From the NCBI RefSeq assembly GCF_001194135.2, contig NC_068987.1, positions 26,222,866-26,271,344 of the forward strand: 48,479 bases of DNA, given 5' to 3'. The translations under genes were made by a program, and so were the position numbers. Position 1 is the first letter of the stretch; each line of letters begins with the position of its first letter. Source of the stretch: Octopus bimaculoides (Eukaryota). The notes under the pieces are model-generated. The model worked only from the letters and a program-made list of their open reading frames with translations, was not told the origin of the DNA and did no database searches. Below are positions 25,977 to 37,951 of the stretch, piece after piece.

Positions 25977-26649
25977 NNNNNNNNNNNNNNNNNNNNNNNN
26001 NNNNNNNNNNNNNNNNNNNNNNNNNNNNNNNNNNNNNNNNNNNNNNNNNNNNNNNNNNNNNNNNNNNNNNNNNNNNNNNNNNNNNNNNNNNNNNNNNNNN
26101 NNNNNNNNNNNNNNNNNNNNNNNNNNNNNNNNNNNNNNNNNNNNNNNNNNNNNNNNNNNNNNNNNNNNNNNNNNNNNNNNNNNNNNNNNNNNNNNNNNNN
26201 NNNNNNNNNNNNNNNNNNNNNNNNNNNNNNNNNNNNNNNNNNNNNNNNNNNNNNNNNNNNNNNNNNNNNNNNNNNNNNNNNNNNNNNNNNNNNNNNNNNN
26301 NNNNNNNNNNNNNNNNNNNNNNNNNNNNNNNNNNNNNNNNNNNNNNNNNNNNNNNNNNNNNNNNNNNNNNNNNNNNNNNNNNNNNNNNNNNNNNNNNNNN
26401 NNNNNNNNNNNNNNNNNNNNNNNNNNNNNNNNNNNNNNNNNNNNNNNNNNNNNNNNNNNNNNNNNNNNNNNNNNNNNNNNNNNNNNNNNNNNNNNNNNNN
26501 NNNNNNNNNNNNNNNNNNNNNNNNNNNNNNNNNNNNNNNNNNNNNNNNNNNNNNNNNNNNNNNNNNNNNNNNNNNNNNNNNNNNNNNNNNNNNNNNNNNN
26601 NNNNNNNNNNNNNNNNNNNNNNNNNNNNNNNNNNNNNAAATATAGTATA

Positions 26650-26863
26650 CAGTAATCCATCGCCATATCGCGGTTCACCTATCTCAGTTTATTATTTAAA
26701 CTTACGTCGATTCCTCTAGTGTTGTTTTGCATCTAATAAATAAATATATACAAATTATAAAAATAAAAAAAATATACAGTACAGTACTGTTTCTATTTCG
26801 CGGATTTTCACCTATCGCAGGAGTTTTTGGAACATAACATCCGCAATAGTTGAGGGATTACCG
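26650..26863. mobile_element. pogo/Tigger-type MITE with TA target-site duplication
   Basis: TA|CAGTAATCCATCGCCATATCGCGG ... CCGCAATAGTTGAGGGATTACCG|TA: imperfect TIRs starting CAGT, TA on both sides, internal repeat of TTCACCTATC. Confidence 0.75.
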
Positions 26864-27331
26864 TACTTGTGTATAATATATACACCAGGTCACTGATGAG
26901 GCTCTCATAAGTGCTACTGGTAACATGGAATCCAGTACAACCTGCTGCATGGTAGGGTTGTCGGTGACTAAACTGGCACCCCATCAGGCTATCCTGGTGA
27001 GGAATGTTGCTAGAAACCCAACAGGATTAAAGAGACCTGTTGAAAGATCGGATGAACCTAGTGCAGGCTCAACGGCTATCTAACACGGGTACACAGGCTC
27101 AACGGCTATCTAGCATGGATACGCAGAAATTCCGGTATGGTGTCCAGCGTGCTGAAAAACCACTGAGAGTGAAGCACTCCTCAGCTTCTGTTGAAGCATG
27201 TCTCTAGGAGAAGGTCCCTCTGATATAAAACTAGATATGCAAGGAATTGCATTGAATATTTTGGGGATCTTTGGTTTGTGCTAGAGATTATGGAGCTCCC
27301 ACAACCCTGAGCCTGCGTCTCATATTGGCAC

Positions 27332-27366
<35 letters not shown>

Positions 27367-27439
27367 TAAATGCAGGGAGATCTGATTAAAAGGATCTCCG
27401 AGGATGGAAAACAGTAGTGTTCAACATGAATACATGCAT

Positions 27440-27545
27440 AGCTATATGGTTAAGATATTTATTCACAAATATATAGCTTTGCGTTCGATCCGAACGCACG
27501 GTACATTATGCAAGTCTCCTCTGTTATAGTATTGAGTCGATCAAC
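27440..27545 (+). mobile_element. SINE family A head, decayed
   Basis: ATAGCTATATGGTTAAGA..GCGTTCGATCCGAACGCACGGTACATTATGCAAGTCTCCTCTGTTATAG. Confidence 0.5.
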
Positions 27546-27789
27546 ATTTTTCAAATCAAAATTAGTAGACGAAAACTTTGTGGCAATCCAGCGAAATCCG
27601 CCGAAATAGGTTGGGGAGGCCGTTGTAGTTCTTGGTTAGCAGCTTCTATTAGACAGGTAGCTTGTGTTTTAATTTGGTTGCTGCTTTTATTTTTTGTTAC
27701 AACAATAACCATTCCATCCATCGGTAAGAATACACTTGTTCTCACCTGTTATCGTTTATTATTTTGATTTTGTACTTTAAGTTTGAATT

Positions 27790-27870
27790 AGCACAGTGGT
27801 TATGATATCGGATAAAATATCTCACAGCGTTTGTTCCAGCTCTCAGTGCTGTGAGTTCAAATTGGGTGGT
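27790..27870 (+). mobile_element. SINE head fragment (family C-like)
   Basis: ATAAAATATCTCACAGCGTTTGTTCCAGCTCTCAGTGCTGTGAGTTCAAATT. Confidence 0.4.
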
Positions 27871-28199
27871 AGACTTAATCCATGAGGTCTAACACGGCCA
27901 CCTAATACCCTGAGTGCCTTTAGTGGAGTTAACTCTTTATCAAGCAATCGAGTCAGGCCTCTGGTTTGAGGATAACTGTTTCCTGCCCTCCCAGTAGTCT
28001 CAGAAGCTCCGTAAAAAGTCACCTTCACTACCTTCCCTCCTGATTAAAAAAAAAAAAACAAGCAAAAATGCTGTCTTGGCCTTTACTTCAAGTCTCATGG
28101 GAATGTAGTATTTGGAGTATATTTTTTTCTCAGTTGGTAATGACATGTTAATGTTTTCAATTTAGGACTTGCATAATTAATTATCAGCTGACTTGACAA

Positions 28200-29480
28200 C
28201 CCATGTAAGTTTTTAGAAGAGGAACTCAATGGGGCTTCTTTGTTTCTCGGTTTTATAGGGTGACCTTCATGGGGAAATTTATAAACATGCCATTAATCTA
28301 TGCTGAACTTTTAATGTGAGTTATTATTTTCATAGTCAGTGTTTTTAATTTTAAGTAACCATGTTCAACAATTCTAGACAACTGGAATGTTCTTTTTGTT
28401 GTTTAGTTCCAGATGAAGCCTGATTAAGGCTATGATGAAAGACGTTTCTGTTGTGATCATCCAGTCTTTAGAAGGTTAAGTAGAACTACATCGTCTTAAA
28501 TATTCGTTCCTTAATTAAAGTGTCAGATTGTGATTTGATGATTTCTTACATTAACTTTTTGTAGCAACCAGTTCAAAAGACAAAATTATAAGAACTACTA
28601 CGATTTTGAGAGAGTGATGCTTGTGCAGACATGGGAATCATATTTTCTTTATTCTCATGAGATAGTCATTTCTTTTCTTCTTTCAAACGGGTCCATCGTA
28701 TTTGAAATTTTCATTTTGCTCAAAATATTTGTATTTCTCATTTAGCCGAATATCTTTTATATGTCCGTTCAACTTTAGGTTTTCTTTGCAGAACAAAACT
28801 TTTCTTCATCTTATCACCCAACTTACATATTTGGACTGCTAAACTTCGTTTCAGTGTCTGTGAAATATGGGATAATGAGATCCATTTATTTGTTGTTAAT
28901 ACTCGACTCATACAACTTGAAAAAATCCACAAAGTAAAGGTGAGGGATGTTTCTAGATTGAGAATATCGATTTCTACAAATATCATGTTTCTATATTAAC
29001 GAGAAAACAAATAGCGACACTGACAAGCTATCGCATTACAAGATGTCTTTGTTTGCTAATGTATTACATCAGATTTAATTTGTCTGTTCTCACCTCTCAG
29101 AAGTAAGGTGTCGTCATTAGGTTATGAATAGTAGATATTATTAGTTGTGTGACTCTGACTAACTGCGAATAAGTGATAATCAGCCTGTGTGGTACATTAT
29201 TGAAAGCTCTCTGCTACTCTAACCACACTACAGTCACAATGTTTCTGCTGTTCTTTATTGTTCCTGACTCATTTATAGCATTATACAGCTTTCTGAACAT
29301 GCAACCATTCTTCTTTTCTTCCACTCCTACCTTGCTCATGTGTTACAGTATTACTCATGTGTTACAAATTGCTCATGTATTACAGACATTGTGGTCCTCG
29401 GTGTGTATCTTATAAACGATACTCAGACAATAACTTGGCTATTCTTTTGAATGGGAAAAGTAAGTGAAGCTGACTGCTAG
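28200..29480 (-). mobile_element. Old R4/Dong-type RT region, heavily decayed (may extend to ~29880)
   Basis: Ordered minus-strand motifs: KKNGC..VVWLE*QRAFNNVPHRLI (cf. WIDYKKAYDSVPH), IL*CDSLSVSLFV (cf. IFQGDSLSPLLF), HLYFVDFFKLYES (cf. HLLFMDDLKLY), EYLRRC, KTLTMKIITHIKS. Confidence 0.7.
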
Positions 29481-29884
29481 TTTGTACTCCCCATTATATT
29501 CAGTGTGAAAAAGGACGACTTAATATTTCGTTATAAAATATGCTCTAGGATGTTTTGTATGGCACTTTCTTTAAGGACCTTTCTCACTGTGATTCTATTA
29601 CTTTATTCGACATGTTTAGCGCAACCTTGCTTCAGCTCTTACATTTATATAGTTTTTTTCTTTCTTTTACAAACTTTCATATAATTTTTCTGTCGTTTAC
29701 AGAACTTGAACTGTTTTCGTTGATTCATGGTTTCTTTTTAGCGAACATTACATCTACTGTAAGTTCTTGTTTCAGTTGATGTAGTTTACAGCCTATAATT
29801 TCAAATTCTGTGTCGTCACATTGATTACTAATTTTTGTCTTATTTGATTCTGTTTTCTGAATGAACTATCTGTGGTGAATGTCG

Positions 29885-29940
29885 TATCTTTTATCTTTTA
29901 GTTTCACATTCTTCAGTCATAAGACTGCAGTTATGCTGGG
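29885..29940 (-). mobile_element. SINE family A 3' tail joined to the 5S-derived head
   Basis: Minus strand CCCAGCATAACTGCAGTCTTATGACTGAAGAATGTGAAACTAAAAGATAAAAGATA matches the tails at 1745-1800 and 5305-5360. Confidence 0.85.
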
Positions 29941-30036
29941 TTTTCAAAGCAGTCACCCGTCTAAACAGTAACTAGGCTCGACATTGCTTCACTCGGTGAT
30001 CGGATGAGAACCCGGTGTTTTCAATGTGATATGACC
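29938..30036 (-). pseudogene. 5S rRNA-derived sequence (about nt 7-103 of 5S), fused to a SINE tail
   Basis: Minus strand GGTCATATCACATTGAAAACACCGGGTTCTCATCCGATCACCGAGTGAAGCAATGTCGAGCCTAGTTACTGTTTAGACGGGTGACTGC aligns colinearly with invertebrate 5S rRNA as recalled (GGCCATACCACGTTGAAAACACCGGTTCTCGTCCGATCACCGAAGTTAAGCAACGTCGAGCC..GGATGGGTGACCGC). Confidence 0.85.
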
Positions 30037-30458
30037 AGAAAATTTATTAAAGACCTCTTCGCAGAAATAAATTTGTTTTTACAAGTTATGGGTGTAATTT
30101 TGTTCACGATGTTTGACTACGTGCTTCTTATATTGTTCCAGGTTTAAAAAGGTTGATGACTGCAGCAAAAATTGGCATAGTAAATGGAACTACTTTAAGC
30201 ATTCGCCCTTAGAACGGAGAACAACAGTTGGACGAGGGCTTATGCCAATGGTAATCAAAGTGATCCTAGTTCGTGGTAGACCTACGTTGGGTCTAGTTCT
30301 TGTATCAGGAGTTCATGCATTTTGTATACTATATTAACATTTTGTCTTAACTCACCTTTTGTTTTCTAAAATTTCTTTGTTCCTATGTAAACTCGCACGT
30401 AAATTTTAAGCTGCCTTTGCAATATTCTCTCCATCAGATATCCTTGAAGTAAATTAAA

Positions 30459-30622
30459 TCATCATCATCATCATCATCATCAACAACAACAACAGCAACA
30501 ACAACAACAACAACAACAACAACGAATCCAGCAACAATACTGGTGTTGTAGCAGTTGATATAAAAAATGATGGTAAATCATCCATACTATCATGCACACA
30601 CACACGCACACACACACACACG

Positions 30623-30662
<40 letters not shown>
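30459..30662. repeat. (CAT)n(CAA)n (30459-30523) and (CA)n (30593-30662) microsatellites
   Basis: Direct reading. Confidence 0.95.
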
Positions 30663-30663
<1 letters not shown>

Positions 30664-30879
30664 GTAACTAAACACAAACTAATGAGAAAGCCTCTATGCG
30701 GCCGTTGGTGTTTCAAGAAGTAGCAAAGACATTTCCCTTAAATAGTAAAGGGCACATTGGTTAATGTAGTTCTAGACAGATTATGTTCGTTTGAAATAAA
30801 AAAGCAAAGCAAATGAGATGGTCTTTGATTATAAGTTGGTTAATCAGAGTAGACATGATATTAAACAACAACTGTGTCT

Positions 30880-31350
30880 AGTGTGATATTTTTCGATTCA
30901 CGAAAGCTAGAAGGGATATTTGCAATCACTTTAATGAATTTCTGAACAGAATAAGATTTAATCAATCACTAAGCAAAGCGATCAATTTTACTTGAATGTA
31001 ATGATGCAGTGATAAACACTCACATAATCTCTAAATTATATGAGTCTAGCTGTCGTAGTTCGTTATTGAAATATAAGATCTGCTTTATGGAAACCAGGGA
31101 AGCTACTACACCAATCTTTAAAGAAGAGAAGATCTTGATAAGAAAATCCAAACGGCTCAAACTCTCAATAGTTATATCTAATAGACTAATATTAATCAAA
31201 AGAGCAATAACACTGAGGTATAAGGAGAAATCGTTTGAGAATAAAATTACGATCGTTTGCAAAGAAAGAAGATGAGAACTCTTTTCGGACATTTTAAAGA
31301 TGATGGGATCAGTTGCAGATCAACAAGATAATTCCTACACTTGTAATGTA
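30880..31350 (+). mobile_element. Possible very old R4/Dong RT remnant
   Basis: EGIF.., INTHIISKLYESS (same KLYESS as the 28.9 kb copy), ..KMMGS..; weak motif order only. Confidence 0.35.
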
Positions 31351-31869
31351 ACCACGCAGTCTAGTACTAACAGAAATATTACTAACAGTACTAACAGGAC
31401 TATTAAATACACACACAATTACACACACAAATACACACACACATACACACATATGTATGTATGCATATATATATATATATATGTGCATGTGAGAGCAGTG
31501 TATATTTTTAAAGCGGGGAAGGCCGGTTTATGGGATTACACTGGGTTTCCCGTCCATAAAGGTTTTAGCTTTATGGCGTATCATCAAACCCCAAAACCTG
31601 TTGGACTAATACCTCTTCAAAATATGGAGGGGGAAAAGCCTCTCTATGAAGGTAAGCAATAGGGGATTATCTCCCTTTGTCATTGGCTATCGACGTCCGG
31701 CTGTGCTGCCATTTTACGGTATTAAAAAGGGTACGAAGGTAAACAATAGGGGATTATATATACTTCACGGTATATATATATATATATATATGTACACACA
31801 CACATAAATACATACATGCATGTATATATATGCACATGTATATTCTCGTTACTTTACATTCAAACACGT

Positions 31870-32420
31870 GCACACACTTCTATGATCTTCATCTTGCATT
31901 CCCCATGTGTGCTACTAATATTCATCTTTTACAGAAACAAAATTATTTCTCTTTCGCACAAGTGTTGTATTGGCTTCTATCTTAATTTTTCTTATTTAAT
32001 TTTCTCACTTCATTTTATCCCTTCCCTACCAACAGCATCCATCACCTCGCAAATGTTTCTATCAACCTCGTGCATTCCCTTTCATCTTGTGCCCACTTTC
32101 CTCGCTCAAAATACTATTACACAAAATACTATCACACATATGCACCATCCACATGATTCCCAACATCCCGCACCACTATACCCACATACACATTCAAAAT
32201 CACATATCTCACACATCACCCCTTATGTTCATCTCAGTACACGAGTACACTCCGATGCGCGCACTCACTTTCGTAATTCCTATCATAAAACTGCATTCCC
32301 ACATGACCATTAAATTTCATTGACTTCCCATCTAAACGTTTTACACTTCCACTCTACTTTTCTTGTATGCATTTCTGCTGATGAAGTTCTTGCGTCAGAA
32401 ATGTCAAAATTCTTCCTCTT
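31870..32420 (+). mobile_element. Possible PLE pseudo-LTR remnant with decayed hammerhead core at 32378-32405
   Basis: Pyrimidine/CA-rich tract followed by CTGATGA-AG..-GAAATGTC. Confidence 0.3.
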
Positions 32421-32519
32421 TCTTTTAAGTGTTAAACAAGTGGTATAACAAATCCACTATAAATTCAGATTGTCAGTCGTTGTAGGAGGTCAGTGTAGAA
32501 GAGCCGGAAGACGAATAAA

Positions 32520-34550
32520 GTGCTTTACAAAATATACGATATACAACAGGAGATAAACCCACGCATGGCACGTGGTGGTAGACACCTGAGAAAAGAGTCT
32601 CCATTCAAAAAGGCAAAGTATTTCCGTTGTGGGAATATAGGACACATTAAATTGCACTGCAGAACTAAGATGACAAAAAAATGGACAAAACGAGAAAAAA
32701 TAAATAGTTTGTCATCAGAGAAAAAAGTTTGTACAACGAACAGAAAATTCGTCAAGGTGAGAATTGAAACCACTATTGTCAAAACGAAATGAGACATGGA
32801 GGCAAATCGGTAACCCGAAATTATTGAAATCAAATAAAGTAGCATATGGTGTAACTGGAAAGAAATTATATTTCATCGGTGAATGTATTTTCAATGTAAC
32901 TTTTCGAGGTGAAACGAAAAGGACAATCATTTATGTGTCGAAAAAGTCACTAAACCTATGTGGCACAGAATGCATGGAGTTATTTAAAATGTAGGATACC
33001 CCCATTAGTGTTCTCTGTGAAAATGTTGTCGGCACGGTTAAAAGTTCGAATGAAGTCGAACAAGAGACAAAGAAAAAAAAAAATTAAATTGTTTCTAAAT
33101 GTTTTTTTGTAAGGATTGCGGTAAAAGCAAAGGAAACACCTGTTTTTAGGCCCAAACAGAACGTGAAGTTTGCGGCGTTGGACTAGGGCAATAAGGAGCT
33201 AGAAAGACTAGAAATTCTAGCTATAATTGAAAAAGTCGATCATTCAGACTGGGCAGCTCCGACGGTTTATGNNNNNNNNNNAAAAAAAAAAAAAAAAAAA
33301 ACTAAGTGTGTGTGCGGAGTTTGCAACTGGATTAAATGATTATTTATCTTGATGATATTTTGATAAAGAGCGAGTCAGTGGAGCAACAATTCGAACATAT
33401 TAAAAAAGTATCGGGAAAAATAAATGAATACGGGTTTAGACTAACAGAGGAAAAATGTGAACTTTTGATAGAAAAATCAAATATTTAGGTCAAGTAATTG
33501 ATGACCCATCAAGAGAGACGGCAATATGGAATATGCGTCTCCCAACGAACGTCAAATTGTTACAAGCACTTTTAGGCTTGGTAAACTGCTATCCCGAACA
33601 TACACAACACAAGGGCTTCACTAAACGGGCTGTTAAAAAAGGATGCCAAATAGTTTTCCTTAGAAAAATGCAAGAAGGCATTTGAGGAAGTAAAATGCAT
33701 GTTCGCTTACACACTTCGATCCGAACTTGGAAACGACACTCGCAACAGATGTTAGTGAGTACGGCGTAAGTACCGTACTCCTACATAAATCTTAAGATGG
33801 AAGCCAAAAGGCCATTGCTCACGCGTCAAATACTCTGTTGCCAAGTGAAAAGATTATAACCAAATTGAAAAAGAGGTACTGGCAGTTATATTTGGCATAA
33901 AAAGTTCCACAGGTTTATACATGGCAGACGGTTTAGACTACAAACAGACCATCACCCGTTGCTAACGATTTATGGTTCCAAGAAAGGAATCCCAGTACAA
34001 ACAGTTTGCAGTGATGGGACACCATACTACTAAACTACGACTAGGCAATGGAATATTTACCTTCGAAAATGCCCGGACATTTACCTTCGAAAATGCCAGG
34101 TTAGTACCCAGAAATGGCAAACCATTCGAGAAAACAGTAATAGCAGGCTTAAGAGTTAAAGGGGAAATTAAATACATAAATTGGAACATTGTACGAGAGT
34201 TACCAATAACTCTGGAGGAGATAAAACGACTTGCGGCAAGAGATAAGTTCATTAATGATAAAAAAAACTCTGTCGTGAGCTAAAGAAAGCAAAAGTAGGT
34301 TCGGTAACAAAAACCAGCAACAGGTAAACATATATTTAACATGCAACGGCGTACTAATGTATGACCAAAGAGTAGTGATATCCGAGACTTTACAAAAAAG
34401 AATGTTGAAAGAATTCCATATCGGACATCCGGGGGTCGCAAGGATGAAAGCACATGCACTGTTATGTGTGTTGGCCGAAGATGGACAAGGAAGTTGAAAA
34501 CGTAGTAAAAGTCTACGGAGGATGTGCTCTGGCAGAGAAATTGCCTACTC
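32520..34550 (+). mobile_element. Ty3/Gypsy LTR retrotransposon internal region (gag-PR-RT-RH-IN remnants), multiply deleted
   Basis: Knuckle YFRCGNIGHIKLHC (32619-32660); protease-region AYGVTGKKLYFIGEC; RT DWAAPTVY, CAEFATGLND, YLDDIL (33345-33362), EKC..YLGQVI; RH TDVSEYGV, YNQIEKEVLAVIFG, LQTDHHPL; IN HIGHPGV..CWPKMDKEVEN..GC. Confidence 0.9.
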
Positions 34551-35182
34551 AGCACGGAATTTTGTCAGTGAACAGGTCGCGGTCTCAAAGCGACGAAAAT
34601 ATTTTGGCAAATTAAATTTAAATGTTAAAGTGAATCTAACGGTTTTTGTGTGTTTCTTAAATAGCCGATAAACACCTTCCACGCTGCAATTGTTTTCGTT
34701 CCAGCACACGATCTCAGATCAGGTCACTCCCTATGCAAGTACATCTACGTAATATATATATATGTATGTATGTATGTATGTATTTATCTATCTATATCTA
34801 CTGGTAATATTTTAATTTATTAACCTCATATTTACGATAGTAATATANNNNNNNNNNNNNNNTATATATATATATATATATGCGTGTATATTTACTCACA
34901 CTCAGTCACTCAGAGGCACTTGTATGTTTGTAAGACATATTTGCGTACCTTTATGTCCGATTGCAAATTTCGATATCTCAGACGCAAGACATAAAAATCT
35001 CAACTGTTGTATAAATACTTAAATACATATTTATTGAATGATAGCTATTATATTCCCAAGATAATGGATACATCTGTATTGAAACAACGTGGTAAACTTG
35101 ATGTATCTAGCAGCAATATTACTAAATAGTAGAAATGTGCTCACATAAAGAATAGCAACTAATTAATATTTAAGATATCATT

Positions 35183-35243
<61 letters not shown>

Positions 35244-35256
35244 CATTATTATTATA
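35183..35256. repeat. (ATT)n microsatellite
   Basis: Direct reading. Confidence 0.97.
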
Positions 35257-35439
35257 TTTTGTCAAATAAATAATATTCTGTCTTAAAACACCTGTCTATA
35301 TAAGACTAGTATTCATATCTACGCATGGATCTTAAAATTTATCATGAACTCAATGATTGCCTTGCAATAAAAGTTGATCTCTAGCTATTTACAAAGTTAA
35401 CTTGTTTGAGTAAAGAGGGTCGACACACGAACGAGTACG

Positions 35440-35440
35440 T

Positions 35441-35495
<55 letters not shown>
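35440..35495. repeat. (CA)n microsatellite
   Basis: Direct reading. Confidence 0.97.
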
Positions 35496-35498
<3 letters not shown>

Positions 35499-35572
35499 TA
35501 TGTATGCGTGTGAGCGCGTGTGCAATGTCCATTTGCATGTATAAACGCACATCGGATCCTCCAATATTCCTT

Positions 35573-35850
35573 TGGTTCAGTCACTGGACGTATGTCACAG
35601 TCTCCTTGGAAAAACCAGTAGGTTACGCGGACGTAAACAAACAAACACTGGTTATCAAAAATAAAGACATGCACTCACACATACATATGTATGTATGTAT
35701 GATGAGCTTCCACACAGTTTCCATCTACCAAATTCAATCACGAAGCATTAATTGACTCGGGGTTATAGTAGATGACACTTACTCAAAGCATCGCTTAATG
35801 GAACTGAACTCGAAATCAGTGAGTTACAAAATGAACTTCTTAATCACACA
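35573..35850 (-). mobile_element. SINE family A, diverged copy
   Basis: Plus reading GAGCTTCCACACAGTTTCCATCTACCAAATTCAATCAC..GGGTTATAGTAGATGACACTTACTCAAAG..GGAACTGAACTC. Confidence 0.7.
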
Positions 35851-36061
35851 CGAGAAAATCGAGAACCTTTGAAATGTTTTTGCAAATCCTCTGTATAGCT
35901 TATAGACTTACTGTAGAGATGTTAATATAGTTTTCTGGAGAATCCTCATAATTTTCATGCGAATACTTCGTTATATAACCTAATACAGAATTTCCGTCTT
36001 TCTACACAAATCCTTCGCTACATAGCACAGCGGAACAAGCATCAGAATGTATTAGCTGTCC

Positions 36062-36178
36062 TTAATAATAATAATGATAACCATCATCATCATCATCATT
36101 ATCCTCCTCCTCCTCCTCCTCCTCCTCCTCNNNNNNNNNNNNNNNNNNNNNNNNNNNNNNNNNNNNNNNNNNNNNNNN

Positions 36179-36266
<88 letters not shown>

Positions 36267-36267
36267 T
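36062..36267. repeat. (AAT)/(CAT)/(CCT)n-gap-(CAT)n compound microsatellite
   Basis: Direct reading. Confidence 0.95.
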
Positions 36268-36414
36268 AATTTTATTATTGGCAGTTTCGTCATTACTTCT
36301 TCGTAGATATTCTTCACCGAAGCATTACACTAGATATTCGCAGCTGTTTGTAACCAAATATGTGTAACTATGTGACAATTTTGTCTCTCATTCACTGGAA
36401 AATAATCTTTTTTG

Positions 36415-36832
36415 TTCTTTCTTTCTTTCTTTCTTTCTTTCATTGGACTGCGGCCATTCTGGGACTCCGCCTTGAGTAATTTTAATCGAACTAATCGACA
36501 ACAATACTTATTTTCTTTTAAAGCTTGGTACTAATTCTGTCGTTATCTTTTACCGAACTGCTAATTTAAGAGGACGAGACACACCAGCGCCAGTTGTCAA
36601 GCGGTGATGGGGGTCAAACACAGGCACAAAGACACGGACACACACAGAGAAACATATACACACATTCATAAACGCAGGCTTCTTTCAATTTCCGTCTACC
36701 AGATCCACTGATAAGGCTTTGGTCAGCTCGAAGCTATAGCAGAAGACAACTGACCGAGGACCACGCTCTGAGACTGCGTCCAGGACCAAGTAGTTGGGAA
36801 GTAAACTTCTTCCCACACAACCGCGACTGCGC
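36415..36832 (-). mobile_element. SINE family A, near full length, with (GAAA)n tail
   Basis: Plus reading (TTTC)n CATTGGACTGCGGCCATTCTGGG..GGCTTCTTTCAATTTCCGTCTACCAGATCCACT..GCTATAGCAGAAGACA..GGTTGGGAAGTAAACTTCTT. Confidence 0.85.
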
Positions 36833-37090
36833 ATTGGTGTCCTTGGGTGGACATGAACTACGAACCTTTCGCTTAACAGCTGAATAATAGTTTTGTTGCT
36901 ATTCGTTTTATTGGTAGACAAAATCTGGCTCGGAGAATTATTTAAAATGTAAAGAAAATGAGGCAATGGATACAACTCCGATAAAGTAAATTAACTGAAA
37001 TTTTGAAAATTCAAAATTTAAGCCAACTGGTTTTGGTAGTATTATACCTCCACAGTGAAGAATATTATACTCTGGTGGCAAAAGTAAGAG

Positions 37091-37141
<51 letters not shown>

Positions 37142-37170
37142 GCTGTCTGTCTGTCTGTCTGTCTGTCTGT
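37091..37170. repeat. (ATCT)n(GTCT)n microsatellite
   Basis: Direct reading. Confidence 0.95.
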
Positions 37171-37951
37171 CCGCTTAAGTTATCTGTCCATTTATTTATC
37201 TGTCCCTTTCTTTCTCTCTTCCCCCCTCTCTCTCTCTTTCACTCTGCTGAAATTTTGTAAAATATAGTAAATGCAGGAAGCTATTTTGTCTGGTCTTCTG
37301 CTAAATAGTGAAAATAATGTACAGGTTTTGTTTTAGTAGATCACTTCAACAAAGTTTATTGTACTCAGCAAGATTAAATAAGAATGATCAATACAGGTAA
37401 AATAATGATAAATATGTTGATAACAAATTTTCCGAGTGATCTCCATTGCTTGTTGTTTGAGATTTTGTACAGATATAGAAGACGATTATGTGTAGCACTA
37501 ACATGGATAATCTTAAGTAATCAAAGTTTTTCATCACCATTATTGCATATGCAAGAGTCTATCACATTTGTATTTAGTATACAGAACTCATAAGGTCGGT
37601 GTATTCATAATCAGAGCCACTGCAGCTCATCCATCTAGATACATACGTACATACGTACACAGACACACTCACGCACACATCTTGTATAATACGCCAACAT
37701 TTTAACGGATATGTTTTACTTCCGCAATGACGGATATACGGAGTCAATCTCTTTCCTTGTTTAACTTATAGGAAATAATTTACTTGATTTATTTAGATGC
37801 AGATCTCAGTATCAGTATTTCGTTATTGCTTTACATGTATACGTCTTTTTCATCTTTCTGGAAGTGTGTCTCTGATTGGTACTGAATTTTTTTCCATCAC
37901 ATATAAGGAAACCGAATCAAGATGATTTGCACCCCGTGGAATGCTTTTAAA

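Noticed and set aside
28408-28450. Hammerhead-like CAGATGAAGCCT..AGGC..GAAA on the plus strand
   Set aside because: The core is broken (CAGA) and the sequence lies within the minus-strand Dong RT remnant, so it is probably coincidental.
29938-30036. Functional 5S rRNA gene
   Set aside because: It is truncated at both ends with many substitutions, has no oligo-T terminator after a full 120 nt, and is not in a tandem array.
31645-31760. Two copies of GAAGGTAA.CAATAGGGG(G)ATTAT about 87 bp apart
   Set aside because: It is a real short direct repeat, but I cannot tie it to any element or function; probably a local duplication in a decayed repeat.
32440-32460. TGGTAT as a tRNA-Met primer-binding site for the Gypsy element
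   Set aside because: Only 6 nt match TGGTATCAGAGC and no upstream LTR ending in CA is recognisable.
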